Positions 12,850-23,278 of a stretch of 64,000 bases of DNA are shown here, piece after piece. The stretch covers positions 17,980,001 to 18,044,000 of the forward strand of contig CM060731.1 of assembly GCA_030704615.1 (NCBI GenBank), in the 5' to 3' direction. A model generated the notes under the pieces. It saw only the letters and a list, made by a program, of their open reading frames with translations, ran no database searches and was not told the DNA's origin. The stretch's first letter is position 1; the number at the start of each line of letters is the position of its first letter. A program made the translations under genes and the position numbers. This DNA comes from Takakia lepidozioides (taxonomy: Eukaryota > Plantae > Bryophyta).

Positions 12850-15800
12850 GTGCTCGGAAGTAGTCAGGGAAGCAAAACATGTGGTGGTGTTTTAGCCAGA
12901 AACTATGGAGGTTTGGAGTTCAGTTATCGGATGTCTGAAACTGTGTTCTGGGCCCCACTGAACAAGAGAGAGAGATGGTTGATGTAATCAACATGATGCA
13001 GACCTCGGTGTTCTCCCCATCACTGCATGATTCATGGTTGCCCATGAAAAGAGTGTGAGACTTGGTTTCCTGAAGAGCTGTTTCAAGCGAGTGATTTGCC
13101 ACAACAAGTGAGGAATATGATATGCAGCCCACCCAAGACGATGGAATCAACATGTGGTGTGTCGAGCATGCAAAGCCTCGGGGCAATATAATTGAACAAT
13201 AATTCATTGGCTCCCCCTCACATGCCATCACAAAAGTTGCTACATGAGTGTGCATGTTGTGGGCACTCCAGCAGCTCTGGAAAGCGACAAGGAAACAGTT
13301 TTGAGGCCCCTTCCCAATAAAACAAGACGGTGACACCGAGCATGATAAGGGAGGGAGGCCTACCCAGTCTGAGAGCTTGCCCACTCTTATGCACTTTTAC
13401 GCATCAGCAAGGGGACCCTTTCAACATTTGCTTGAGATTAACAATTGGAAAGTGGAGCCCAGGTGGCAAAGGCGCACGAAAGCGACAAAGTACCGTAGTT
13501 GTAGCGGGTGTTGCATTTGGTAGGAGTAAGGGTTCCTCTTCGTAGTCGAAATGAGAGATGGACTCACTATTCTGGATGATGAAGCTCCTTGCACAGGCCC
13601 AGAATCTCGTTTGGTTGTAGGGTCGTCTTTTCATTGTGTTGGGCTACTCAAACTTCCATATCATGTTACTCCAATCCATGTATGTATGTATAGGTCAGCC
13701 CGGTAGGACTTTGTTGGGCTTTTAGGAGATGTTTAAGGTCTGAATTCTGTTAAGAGACTGTGTGCCTGAAAGTACACAGTGAAGGACAACCCAAACATGA
13801 CCCGTCTGCAGGAACTCTGCAGGTATTTTTTGGGAGTAAGACCATGGACATGCAAGCAAAAGGACATGTGGGTTAGAAAGCCTGTCAAATGCATAACTCA
13901 TCACATATCTGGGCATGGCGATTGGAAGCTCCCTTCGTGGAATGAGGCTGTCCTTTGAAATGCAGAGAAATATGTTACCTTAAGATAGGCAATCACTGAC
14001 AGCTGACTAAGTTCCCAACCCTGGCATTGACCATCGAGGTCGGCGGACGAAACGTTGGAGCGTTGTCAGGTATTACAAATTATTACACTGCTCTCTCTGG
14101 TTGTCAGTGCGCAAGCACCTTTCCACGCTTCCTAAGGGGAGCCACATTCCAGAATCCACACTGCAAGGGGAGAATATCCAAATGCAAATCTGAATGTTGA
14201 GGGGAAAGCACTGATATGGTCTGGGCCTCTATGAAGTGTATTCCAAAGACCCTTGGTTGATGGTTCAATATTCCGACCTTTTCCGAGGCCAATCAATGTG
14301 GGCCCTGACCCCCACAAAGAAAAGGTACCCCAAGAACTTGGAGGGCTTACCTGAAAAGGTAGGTAGGATTTTACCTTCGTTTTGTGAATGAGTGCCTGAT
14401 CAAAATCTTGCCATAGCGGGACAATACAAGACAAGCTGGGAAGCTTTGGGCCTTTCCGTGGTCATTACTGGCTAAAGCCAAGCTCTGCACATTGCAAAGG
14501 ATGATTGTGTTTCCTGACTTCCAATCATCGTCATTATATCTGCAGTTTTGGATGGAAACAGGGAAGGCCTCAGTTTCCTTTTTCTCTCAAAACATGTCAA
14601 TAGTGGATTGAATGTCCAAGCAGAAGGGTGTCCCATCTCCCGTAGGACTACCTGATTCAGCGTAATCCATTCATGTCTTTCCTTGGTAGCATTCTCATAT
14701 GATCTGAAAAGACATCCACATTCTCTGAAGTAAGCAGTTCTTCCAAAAGTACCTTAACAAAGTAGTAAGTATGGCACACCAAACGCTCAAAACTGCATCC
14801 TGGGTTTCTTTAAATGTGTTTCTACCATCAACAATCGAGATTTCGATTTTGATTTTGATATTGCATTCATAGCATCACCGGCCTCACGTCAGAAACTATA
14901 CCTCTTCATGACCGAGCAATTTCAACTCTCGAGTCTCACCTACTTTGCAGAGATACTCGGTTCTCGTACCACACCTACTAACCTGGTACAGAGTAAATGT
15001 ATGATGATGATAAAAATAGTCTTGCAACCTTCACCTAAAACACGCACCTGAGTCTCCTGGGTACCATTGCCTATAAGTGGTAGACCACATCAAAGCACAG
15101 CTATATGCATACAATTGTCAGGGTACGCTCTTGGCTCAGAATCTTTAACCTTTTCAGGGATAAAACTACAAACATGACTTGTTTGTAGCGCTTAGCAAGG
15201 TACAAAGTACAAAGAAAAGACAAAGGATCTTACTTTTTCTCTGTAGTGAACGAGTCCTAGAATGTTGAAGAAACACTTCACTAAAACCAGTCCAAAGATG
15301 TGGCAAAGAGAGTTGGTTAGGTGAGATAGTTTGTAGTGATTGACTTGGTTGTTCAGTCTTTTGGGGTCCCACAATATCAAGGATTTACAGAGGACGTTAG
15401 CCAGGGCATAAAGTTAACAAAATGGGAAAGGGCAATACTTCTTCCAATCATCCTCAAGATGGTATGTTGTGTGTTGAAAGAGAGTAGTGGGGTGTGCTCT
15501 CAACAGTACGTTGAAACTCTAAAGGAATAGAAGAGAATGCTGCTGGTGATCAGCTGCAGACTGGAAGAAAATACAGTGTTGAAAAGGCAGCAGTGTAGAC
15601 TGGAATCCTAATTCTTGGTTATTGTGTTTGTGGTTAGCTATAGACATGTCCAATTTGGGTTTTTACAGCATAGAGTTTTCCCTCACCACCTCTCCTGCTT
15701 CATCCACTAGTGATTTGTGGATAAGTTGTGCCCCACTTCCCTTGTGGAGTCACCATAAAATACTACATTCTCATTGACTGTTTCTACTGGAACACAGACC

Positions 15801-17250
15801 ACTCCCAGAGGCAGTATGTTTAATATCTCAGAAACGGATTTAAGAAAGAGACCAGCATTCACTCACTACCCGCAGGCACAGACATCATCATGCTCTCTTT
15901 GGAGCTGCTGGCACAGGTATAGCACTGTGGTAAGAAGCCACAGCTGAGCTTCCAAGTCTATATCACAAGAATGAGATACGATGCCGATGAAGGTAACAGT
16001 GGGAACCTTTGTCTTTTCCAGGCAGGCTCCACCACAGCCCCTAGAAGGTCGACCCCTGCCATTTGTAGTCATGAATGCTAAGGCCCCCTCTCCACCAATA
16101 TCATGACCTTTTGTCATCAATGTGTAGAGAGTGTCATGTGCATAGAGACTGTCCTCCAACAACGAATATGCTCGAGGGATCCAGCCTTAGATCCCCTTGA
16201 ATCCATGAAACCCATTGGCCTGCCCAACATCAACATTCAATCGCGGCGTGTATTCATTAGCCGATGCTTATCATAGTCTTGTGGCCATAGGCCATGTGGT
16301 TCATTTGATTAGAGCAGAAAAGCAGAGATGGGCCCATGAGAAGAGTGGGTGAGTTCAACTACCAGCACAGGGGACTCCCTCTAGTGCTGGGAAAGGTAAT
16401 TCTGGCCTTCCAGATGCTTTTTAAGGAGGCTCTTTACCATAGCATCAATCAACACAATTCTTAACCAGAGCACTGAGAACCAAGGAGATCACAGAGTCAG
16501 CACCTTAGTTGACATGCTCATCCTGGGATAAACCTGAAGGCTATGCAAGAAGCTCCTACTTTGGTTTGAAAGCCTCTTCTCTTGGAATCACCTTGGGATC
16601 TCATTTGCACTGCTGGGAACACCCATCTCCCAGAGTGGTTGGTGAGGTTCGTGATGGCACAGGCACTCCAGTACTGAGCCTGCCATTTTGAAATGAAATG
16701 CAAGAGTCAAAAGTCACATCGACTGCTACAGAGCTGTACCTTTCCAGCCATATCCAGGGCACACGATATGGATGTCTCGATAAGAGGGCAAAAGTGGGCT
16801 GCCAATGGCTTGCACTTTGAAATACCAGATAATAGCTGTCTTGATGTTGGATGAAGTACAAGGTACTGAGATTGGCCACTGACCTCACTACTGTATCATC
16901 AAAGACAACACGTTGATGTGACAAACCCCATCACTCTTGCTGGCAGGAAACACTTGAGAGCTTGCATCAGTTCAGGCATATGATACAATGCCCACTTTCA
17001 ATCAGTTCAGCCCCATCTACTTATCCCAGGTGGCCAAATCTGATAGCAATATACATGCAAGCATGGCCACATTTCGAACTCTGTACATCAGCGGTGTCCT
17101 GGGACGGATGTGTTGTTCGCAGAGCATAGTACAAGTAGGTACCCAAAGCAAGGAATTCCTGATCGGCGAATGTGCAATGACATCCACCTGTCAGATATAA
17201 CCTTGAGAGAGAACAGTCCTGCACTGCACATGTCCATACAGGTACTTGCT
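12850..17250 (-). pseudogene. Heavily degenerate, intron-containing KDZ (Kyakuja-Dileera-Zisupton)-like transposase relic
   Basis: Collinear motif remnants on the minus strand: C-x-C...C-x-H (about 17060-17190), VPADGSCLG (D at about 13804), CT(H)...EGEP (about 13210-13255), FACSTH (YDxAC-like, about 13165-13180), FHG-NHESCS (13024-13050) and a frameshifted S-E-Q-L-N-S-K-like stretch (about 12912-12935). Many stops and frameshifts; boundaries approximate. Confidence 0.45.
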
Positions 17251-18169
17251 GTTACACTTCCTTGACAAAAGAATCAGGTTGCTAACATGCGTGAAATCTG
17301 AGTCTGGATAGATTCTAGCCCACACCCCTGCGTGTAAGAAAGAACCTCTCCCAGATTACTTAAATTTGACGACAGAAACTCTATCACCCCATCAAACCGG
17401 CACTACCTAATTCAGATTCTCCAGACGACTTAGCTTCAATCAATAATCTACGGAATTCACATTGTAGCTGTTTACAGAAACCCTTTCAAGCAAGCAGAAA
17501 CGGTGGCTTGTTTGATGATTCCAGTAACCTGGATCTGAGCCACTAGCAAATGTAGCTTAATTGAGTGCCTGTGATATGTTCCAGCAAAGCTTCCCAGGCA
17601 AACTTAAAACCACTTTAAGGAGCAACACAGTGCTTCTGGTGGCTTCTAAATTGTTCACCCCACTTAAAACTAATGAGCCGGAATGCATGTTGTGCTCATT
17701 ACCCTTGCGCATATGTCTGAAGGATGTGCCAAGGAAGTGAAACAGGCTTTTGAAAAACAAACCTGCATGTGCAGTTCAAGTGTAGCTTGTTAAGGAGCCA
17801 GCTTAATACCCCTTTGTCTTCACAGACTGCCTCGCTGGACAAAAGTGTGGTTAAATGGAGTTGCACAGGCAGAGGAGAGGATTGGTAGCTCCGCATGCAA
17901 GCCTAAGGCAGCAGTGACACATTTTTATTCCTGTACGTCGTGCTCAGATAGCATCCTTTCTAACTGGGTCTGAAGGATTGTCCAGTTTCTATCCATCTTT
18001 GTGCATATTCTTCAGGTGAATACGCAACACACAACAATTCGTTCGCATTTCCTCAGCTAATGATGGGTGATTTTGTTTGGGGACACTAATAGATACCTGG
18101 TCAGGATGTGCCGAAATGGAGTTTTTCTCTCAGTAGCAGATGAAGCTTGCGAGATATTTGCTTTCTCAG

Positions 18170-19290
18170 CTATTCACTGCCCGGTGTGTTGCAAGTTGTG
18201 TGGCATCAAGTGTTTTAGGGTTTTCTCACACCTGAAAAGCAACATAACGGAGTGCTAATTCTGTATCATTGGGAACTACTTGCACAATGGCTGTCAGGGG
18301 ATTCTGAGTTTTTGCTTCCCACACGGCTTTGCTCCAGTGATGATCAATGGTCATGCACTGCTTGGCTCCAGAAAATTCTCCGTTAAAGCAAAGAACCCAC
18401 CTCATGAATTGCGCACAATACAAGTAGGAAGACAACAAAGCCCAATAGCAGCAGAAATACTGGCTGTACTGCATGATAAATTTGGACTGAATATGCTACA
18501 GGAGATGTACTTCCAAAAACACTGGATTTCGAAAGTGGAACCAACCAGCTCGCATTCAAGACTTCCAGTCCCGATATCAGAAGACGCTCCGGCGGATTGT
18601 GCACCCAATGTTCAGGCTTCCCAAGAACTGGGTCAATGTCTCCATGCTGGCCCCTTTCACAGGAATTGGTGCTCCCCAACCCACCACCCCTTCCACTAGA
18701 TCCTTGCTCGTACCTCCCGGCACAATGCTGTCATTCCTATGCTTCACGATGGACAGGAATGTAGCAGCAAGCCCTGATATATGGCTAGAGAGGGGAATCT
18801 TGGTGGGCTAGTACATGACGAAGACGACAACCCATGTGGTTTGCATAACGAAAGCCCTGAACGGACCGTTTACTAGCAAAAAAACATTCGTTCGTTCCGT
18901 TTTGGGGTTGTGTTTTGTCCGAGTGTGCAGAGTGTTGCAGCGGCGTTGCAGAGAAGGGGATGGTCTTGGGAGGGGCACGCGTGCCTGCGTGTGAGTGCGG
19001 TCCGGAAAGAGGAAGGGGGCATGATGGTGGGAGAGCCCGATGCTTCAGTTGAGGAAGGAAGGGGCGGAAATGTCACTGTGCACGCGCGATGCTCTAACGG
19101 CAACAAGTTCCCTGGTATGTGCGGGAGGGAGCCGTTTTGCGGATTAGAAGCTTAGCTAGGTTGCTGGGTTTTTCTCCTAGGAGTGTCTAGTCAGCTTGTA
19201 TTCCCCGTTCTCGTGGATGCCAATTGGGAGAGCAAGTCATGGCAGAGTTTGTCGGGTGCTTGCATTTTCCGCAAAGGGTAACGTCTGAAG
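18170..19290. repeat. Direct repeat copy 1 of the ubiquilin upstream region plus truncated exon 1
   Basis: Collinear near-identity with 23279-24590, for example ACACCTGAAAAGCAACATAACGGAGTGCTAATTCTGTA and GGAGAGCCCGATGCTTCAGT. Lacks about 170 bp of ubiquilin exon 1 (most of the UBL domain). The junction reads CCTG|GTATGT, a canonical donor at 19115. Confidence 0.92.
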
Positions 19291-19517
19291 GAGACCAAAT
19301 TTCCCGGCATAGAGAATTTCATCGCATGGCAGGGAATGTTTGGATTGAAGGTTCTCATCAAGCCTGATATTTTGTGTGCAGTTGAATGCGCTCATAGGCA
19401 TGTGCTGATGTATAGAGCCTATGACGTTCTAGTGCACCTTCTCCCAATTCGCAGTTAGGCCTGTAATATTTTGCACCATTCAAACTGGACTGTCTATGCT
19501 ACGTCAATTTCATTACG

Positions 19518-21128
19518 ATGGCTTTACAAGATGAGATTCTCTTCGAGACCCAAACTTTCAATGAAGAAACCACTGGCTATGGAGCGCCACAAGGGCTGGT
19601 TGCTGGGCGAATTTACAAACATGGAAAATGGACAGCAGCTGAGACAACGATCTTGGTGGAGTGCAAGCGAAGGGATTGGGAAAAGCATGGACCTGGGGCA
19701 AATAGGAGAACTTTGATGAGCACAGCCGCAGAAAGGTGGTCAGCAATGGAGGAGGAAATGGCTAAGCGTGGAGTGTTGCGATCCAAAAACCAAATCCAGG
19801 AGAAGTGGGAGCAGCTGTCGGCAGATTTCAAGAAAGTTTTTTATTATGAAAGACGCATCCCCTCTGGTCGTCGGAGCTATTTTCAGATGAATCCTCAAGA
19901 GAGAAGAGAGAGCACTAGCCCTAAATTTCCAAAATGCCTCCTTGATGAGGGTGTGTACAAAGCATTGTGCCAATGGTTTCCTCAAAAATCACAGGCTGTT
20001 GACCCAGGAAACCTCCCCATTGATTCATCAAGGAGACCAAGCAATAGAGGTACATTCAATTGAAACCGTGCTTGAAAACTTTGGCAGTAAACCACATCTG
20101 GTGAACTGTTTTCCCAATTTTGCACATGGTTAGAGGATGATGCTACTACTTGCTCTAACAGTGTCGGATCTTTGAGTGCCATGACATTTTTGAACGGGAG
20201 AAACGGCGTGACAGTCCTCTCTATCTAAAACTCCACTGAAAAAGAAAATGTGAACACTCTTTAGGGTGGCAGGTCTACTTCATTATTTTGACAGTTTTGC
20301 ACATAGGCACTCTTGATTGCTCCTTACTCTCACAGTATTGGATCTATGCGTGCTTTTGGAAAGCTATGGTTGCCACGGTCCTCTGGGACAAAAATCTGGT
20401 GGTCAAAAAATCTGAACACTCTTTAGGGTCCCCCCCCCTGATCTGGTTCATTATCATGATCGTTTTGCACATAGGCATTGTGCTCCTTACTTGCTATCAC
20501 GGCATTGGATGTTTGAGTGTTATGGCATTTTGGAATGCTAGGGATGCGATGGTCATCAATGTCAATAAATCTGCTGGGAAAAGGAATATGAACATTCTTT
20601 AGGGTGCCCCCCCCACCCAGTTCTGTTGACAGTTTTGAGCGTAGGCACACTTGATTGCTATGGCATTTTGGAATGATAGGTATGCCAAGGCCTCACTGTC
20701 AAAGATTCTAATGGCAAACAATATCCAACCACTGGTTAATGTTATGTTTAGGTAGCCCCGTGGAGGAGGGTCAGTCTTCCCAGGATGGGGGAGGGGATCA
20801 ATCTAGTGACATCCACAACACCAAGAAGCGCCGGTTGTCTGCAAAAGTTTCCGAAGAAGCTATTTCAGCAATGGAAAATAACAGGAAGGAGATGGTGAAT
20901 GCAATGTTCACGGGACAAGATCGTGAAGATGTTCGGCACCGAGAATCAATTGAATTGGAGAAAGAGCGAGTTCACCGAGAAGACACTCGCCATCGGGAAA
21001 TCTTGGATCTTGAAAGGGAACGCCTGGTGCATACCACTGATTTGGGACGGGGTTACATAAAAGCTCTATTAAGTATTGGGGAGGGGTTAAAAACCATTGG
21101 AGAAGCAATGAAAAAACCTGGCAATTGA
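19518..21128 (+). CDS. Myb/SANT-like trihelix DNA-binding protein (Harbinger ORF1 type; SH4/ASR3-like trihelix signature), 2 exons, about 302 aa
   Basis: Exon 19518-20049 (donor AG|GTAC) splices in frame to 20752-21128 (acceptor TTTAG). Trihelix tryptophans in WTAAET...RWSAMEEEM...RSKNQIQEKWEQLSADFKKV, followed by SYFQMNPQERR...VYKAL. Also a KKRR putative NLS and a C-terminal coiled coil (ELEKERVHREDTRHREILDLERERL). Confidence 0.85.
20245..20760 (+). repeat. Three degenerate tandem copies (about 160-180 bp) inside the trihelix intron
   Basis: TGAACA(C/T)TCTTTAGGGT...GTTTTG..TAGGCA recurs at about 20251, 20413 and 20589. TATGGCATTTTGGAATG recurs at 20521 and about 20659. Confidence 0.7.
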
Positions 21129-21266
21129 AATCAAAGAGTTATTCTTGTTCCATCTCTAGGATATGATGTAGTTTGTTCATATGATCATGGAGTGGTAGCA
21201 CTAGAGCACTACACTCTGACTGTATCAATTTAAATTGAAAAACTTTATTGATGAAAGTGTACTGCA

Positions 21267-22601
21267 TCAAGGAGACAAATGTTTGGCCATGACCATTTGC
21301 AGTTGTTTTGCTTCATCTACAGTCGTTGTATGAGAGTACTCGTTGCGGTAACCCTCGTCATGATGACCCCACAAAACAACAGACTCATCTATTTCTTGTC
21401 TCCTGTCTATGATGATGTTGTGCAGGATACAACAGGCGGAGATTAAATTAGGAACTTTGCCCAAATCAGGGTTTACCATGGCAGTCTTCAGAATGCGCCA
21501 CATTCCCTTGAGAATGCCAAATGCACGCTCAACCACCATCTTTGTGGAAGAAAGTTTGTAGTTGAACTGGTCGTAGATTCCTGGAAGATTTTGACCAGGC
21601 CATGGAACGAGCATGTGTGCACTACCGATATATCCTGCATCTCCAATGATAAACTCTTTGACTTGCATGCCTTCAATTTCCACTACTTGCCCATTCAAAC
21701 GTTGTCCACTACAAACAAGATGGAAGTGGGGAGAACCGCTGAAAACCTGAGCATCATGCATAGACCCTAAACCTACAAAGACATCCGTAAACCTGACTTC
21801 TGCATCAACAATTGCCTGAAGAATCATGCTGCAATTGTGATCTCGATCATAATAGTCGGACATTCGCATTTTCTTCGAGAGCTCCAATGGTATATGGGTG
21901 CAATCAATGGCACCACAACATTGTGGAATGCCATGGAAATTTTCGAACCCAACCTTTACACGAGCCAATTCCTCACCCTCAGGCCAATGGAGGTGTTTTG
22001 GCATGGCCCGCTGAACCAAAGCCTTGACGAACCTTCCGCAAACCTTGGCACATGTTGAATCAGCAACCCCGAACATCTCCCCCACTGTCATGAAAGAATC
22101 CCCGGTGGCAAGGCGCCTCAAAGCAATTGCGACCTGCTTTGGGATATCCATCCAACGTCCAACAATAGTTCTCAAGCCTGGAGGAGGTCTCTTTTCCAAA
22201 TCGGAAGCAACAAGGCCACATATGTATTCAAATGTGGGAACAGAGACACGAAAGAACTTCCGGAATCGGTCAAGATCCTCGGTCATAACAAGATTTGAAT
22301 ACTGGTCCCACCAATGTACAGATCTGGGCTTGATATAACACGGGCCATAATCAAGACCAAGAGTTTCAGTCTTTGTCGCCCTTTTCACAGCAACTGCATA
22401 CGCCAATTCTTCATGGTCTTGCATCACACTTACGATTGGGCCCCAATTTAGTCTACTGCTTTTCCTCTTGAGTCCTCTACTTGAAATTTTGTGAGAGGGT
22501 CTCTTTTTTAAATCCTCTTCAGTGGCAAGTTGCATAGCCGTACCAATAGCGGCACTTGCTGCAATCAAAGAGGAATAAATAGCCTCACTCTTGTTACTCA
22601 T
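21267..22601 (-). CDS. PIF/Harbinger DDE nuclease (HARBI1/ALP1-like), 444 aa from the first ATG
   Basis: Uninterrupted ORF. Motifs FRKFFRVSVPTFEYIC, KQVAIALRRLATGDS (HTH), CCGAIDCTHI (D, 21903-21905), HDAQVF, IIGDAGY (D, 21639-21641), VVERAFGILKGMWRIL (E, 21528-21530), ACCILHN. A splice acceptor TTTGCAG at 22623 implies an upstream exon. Minus-strand AATAAA at 21244-21249. Confidence 0.93.
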   Translation of the reverse strand: MSNKSEAIYSSLIAASAAIGTAMQLATEEDLKKRPSHKISSRGLKRKSSRLNWGPIVSVMQDHEELAYAVAVKRATKTETLGLDYGPCYIKPRSVHWWDQYSNLVMTEDLDRFRKFFRVSVPTFEYICGLVASDLEKRPPPGLRTIVGRWMDIPKQVAIALRRLATGDSFMTVGEMFGVADSTCAKVCGRFVKALVQRAMPKHLHWPEGEELARVKVGFENFHGIPQCCGAIDCTHIPLELSKKMRMSDYYDRDHNCSMILQAIVDAEVRFTDVFVGLGSMHDAQVFSGSPHFHLVCSGQRLNGQVVEIEGMQVKEFIIGDAGYIGSAHMLVPWPGQNLPGIYDQFNYKLSSTKMVVERAFGILKGMWRILKTAMVNPDLGKVPNLISACCILHNIIIDRRQEIDESVVLWGHHDEGYRNEYSHTTTVDEAKQLQMVMAKHLSP

Positions 22602-23278
22602 ATCGTTCTGTATGCTGTGAAACTGCAAAGCCCAAAGTCAGTTGCCGTCAGAGGTGAAATCATCATGCATGTGTTGACTTGAAGAAGAAATGCATTACAT
22701 GGACAGAAACGGTAAATAAGGAGCCAAGCCTGGTATACGAAACTGAAGCACTATAGTGCCAAGCAGAAACGAGGATGGAGCAAATCCCCTGCGCATTTTC
22801 TCCATAGAGCGACACAAGACAATATTGACAATCATCCAGGGAGTTACTCCAACACTAGAACAAAGGGTACAACTTATGAGCAACAATGATTCTTCAAATA
22901 CTGAGCATACATGTGAACTATTGCCAAGCTTCACATCCTAAAATGACACACAAATCACTGACATATAGGGAGGATGAATAAAGCAGCACAGAGAATGCTC
23001 CTGTTTGGAGATTTTGATTAAGAGAACAGACGGCCCCCAACAGTGCTCTCTTTGGGAGATGTACATGGACAGTTACCTTCACAATCACAATTTACAAGCG
23101 TACAACAAAAATGGCTGCTTGAAAGACTAAAGATAAGTTTCACAACGTCATAATTGGGCAGATAGATAACCCTGACTATAAGACAATGGAAAAACCTAAA
23201 ACTGAAGAGCTTCATTCATCAGGCAGTCCCAACGCTATGCAGAAGCAGACTCTCCGTAATCTCAACTTCCCTCAACAC

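Noticed and set aside
18910-19155. Second functional ubiquilin gene
   Set aside because: Most of the UBL exon is deleted and no downstream ubiquilin exons follow.
19455-19475. TTA|GGCCTGT as a Harbinger TSD plus left TIR
   Set aside because: No matching ACAGGCC|TTA was found between the nuclease start and repeat copy 2, and the site coincides with a splice acceptor.
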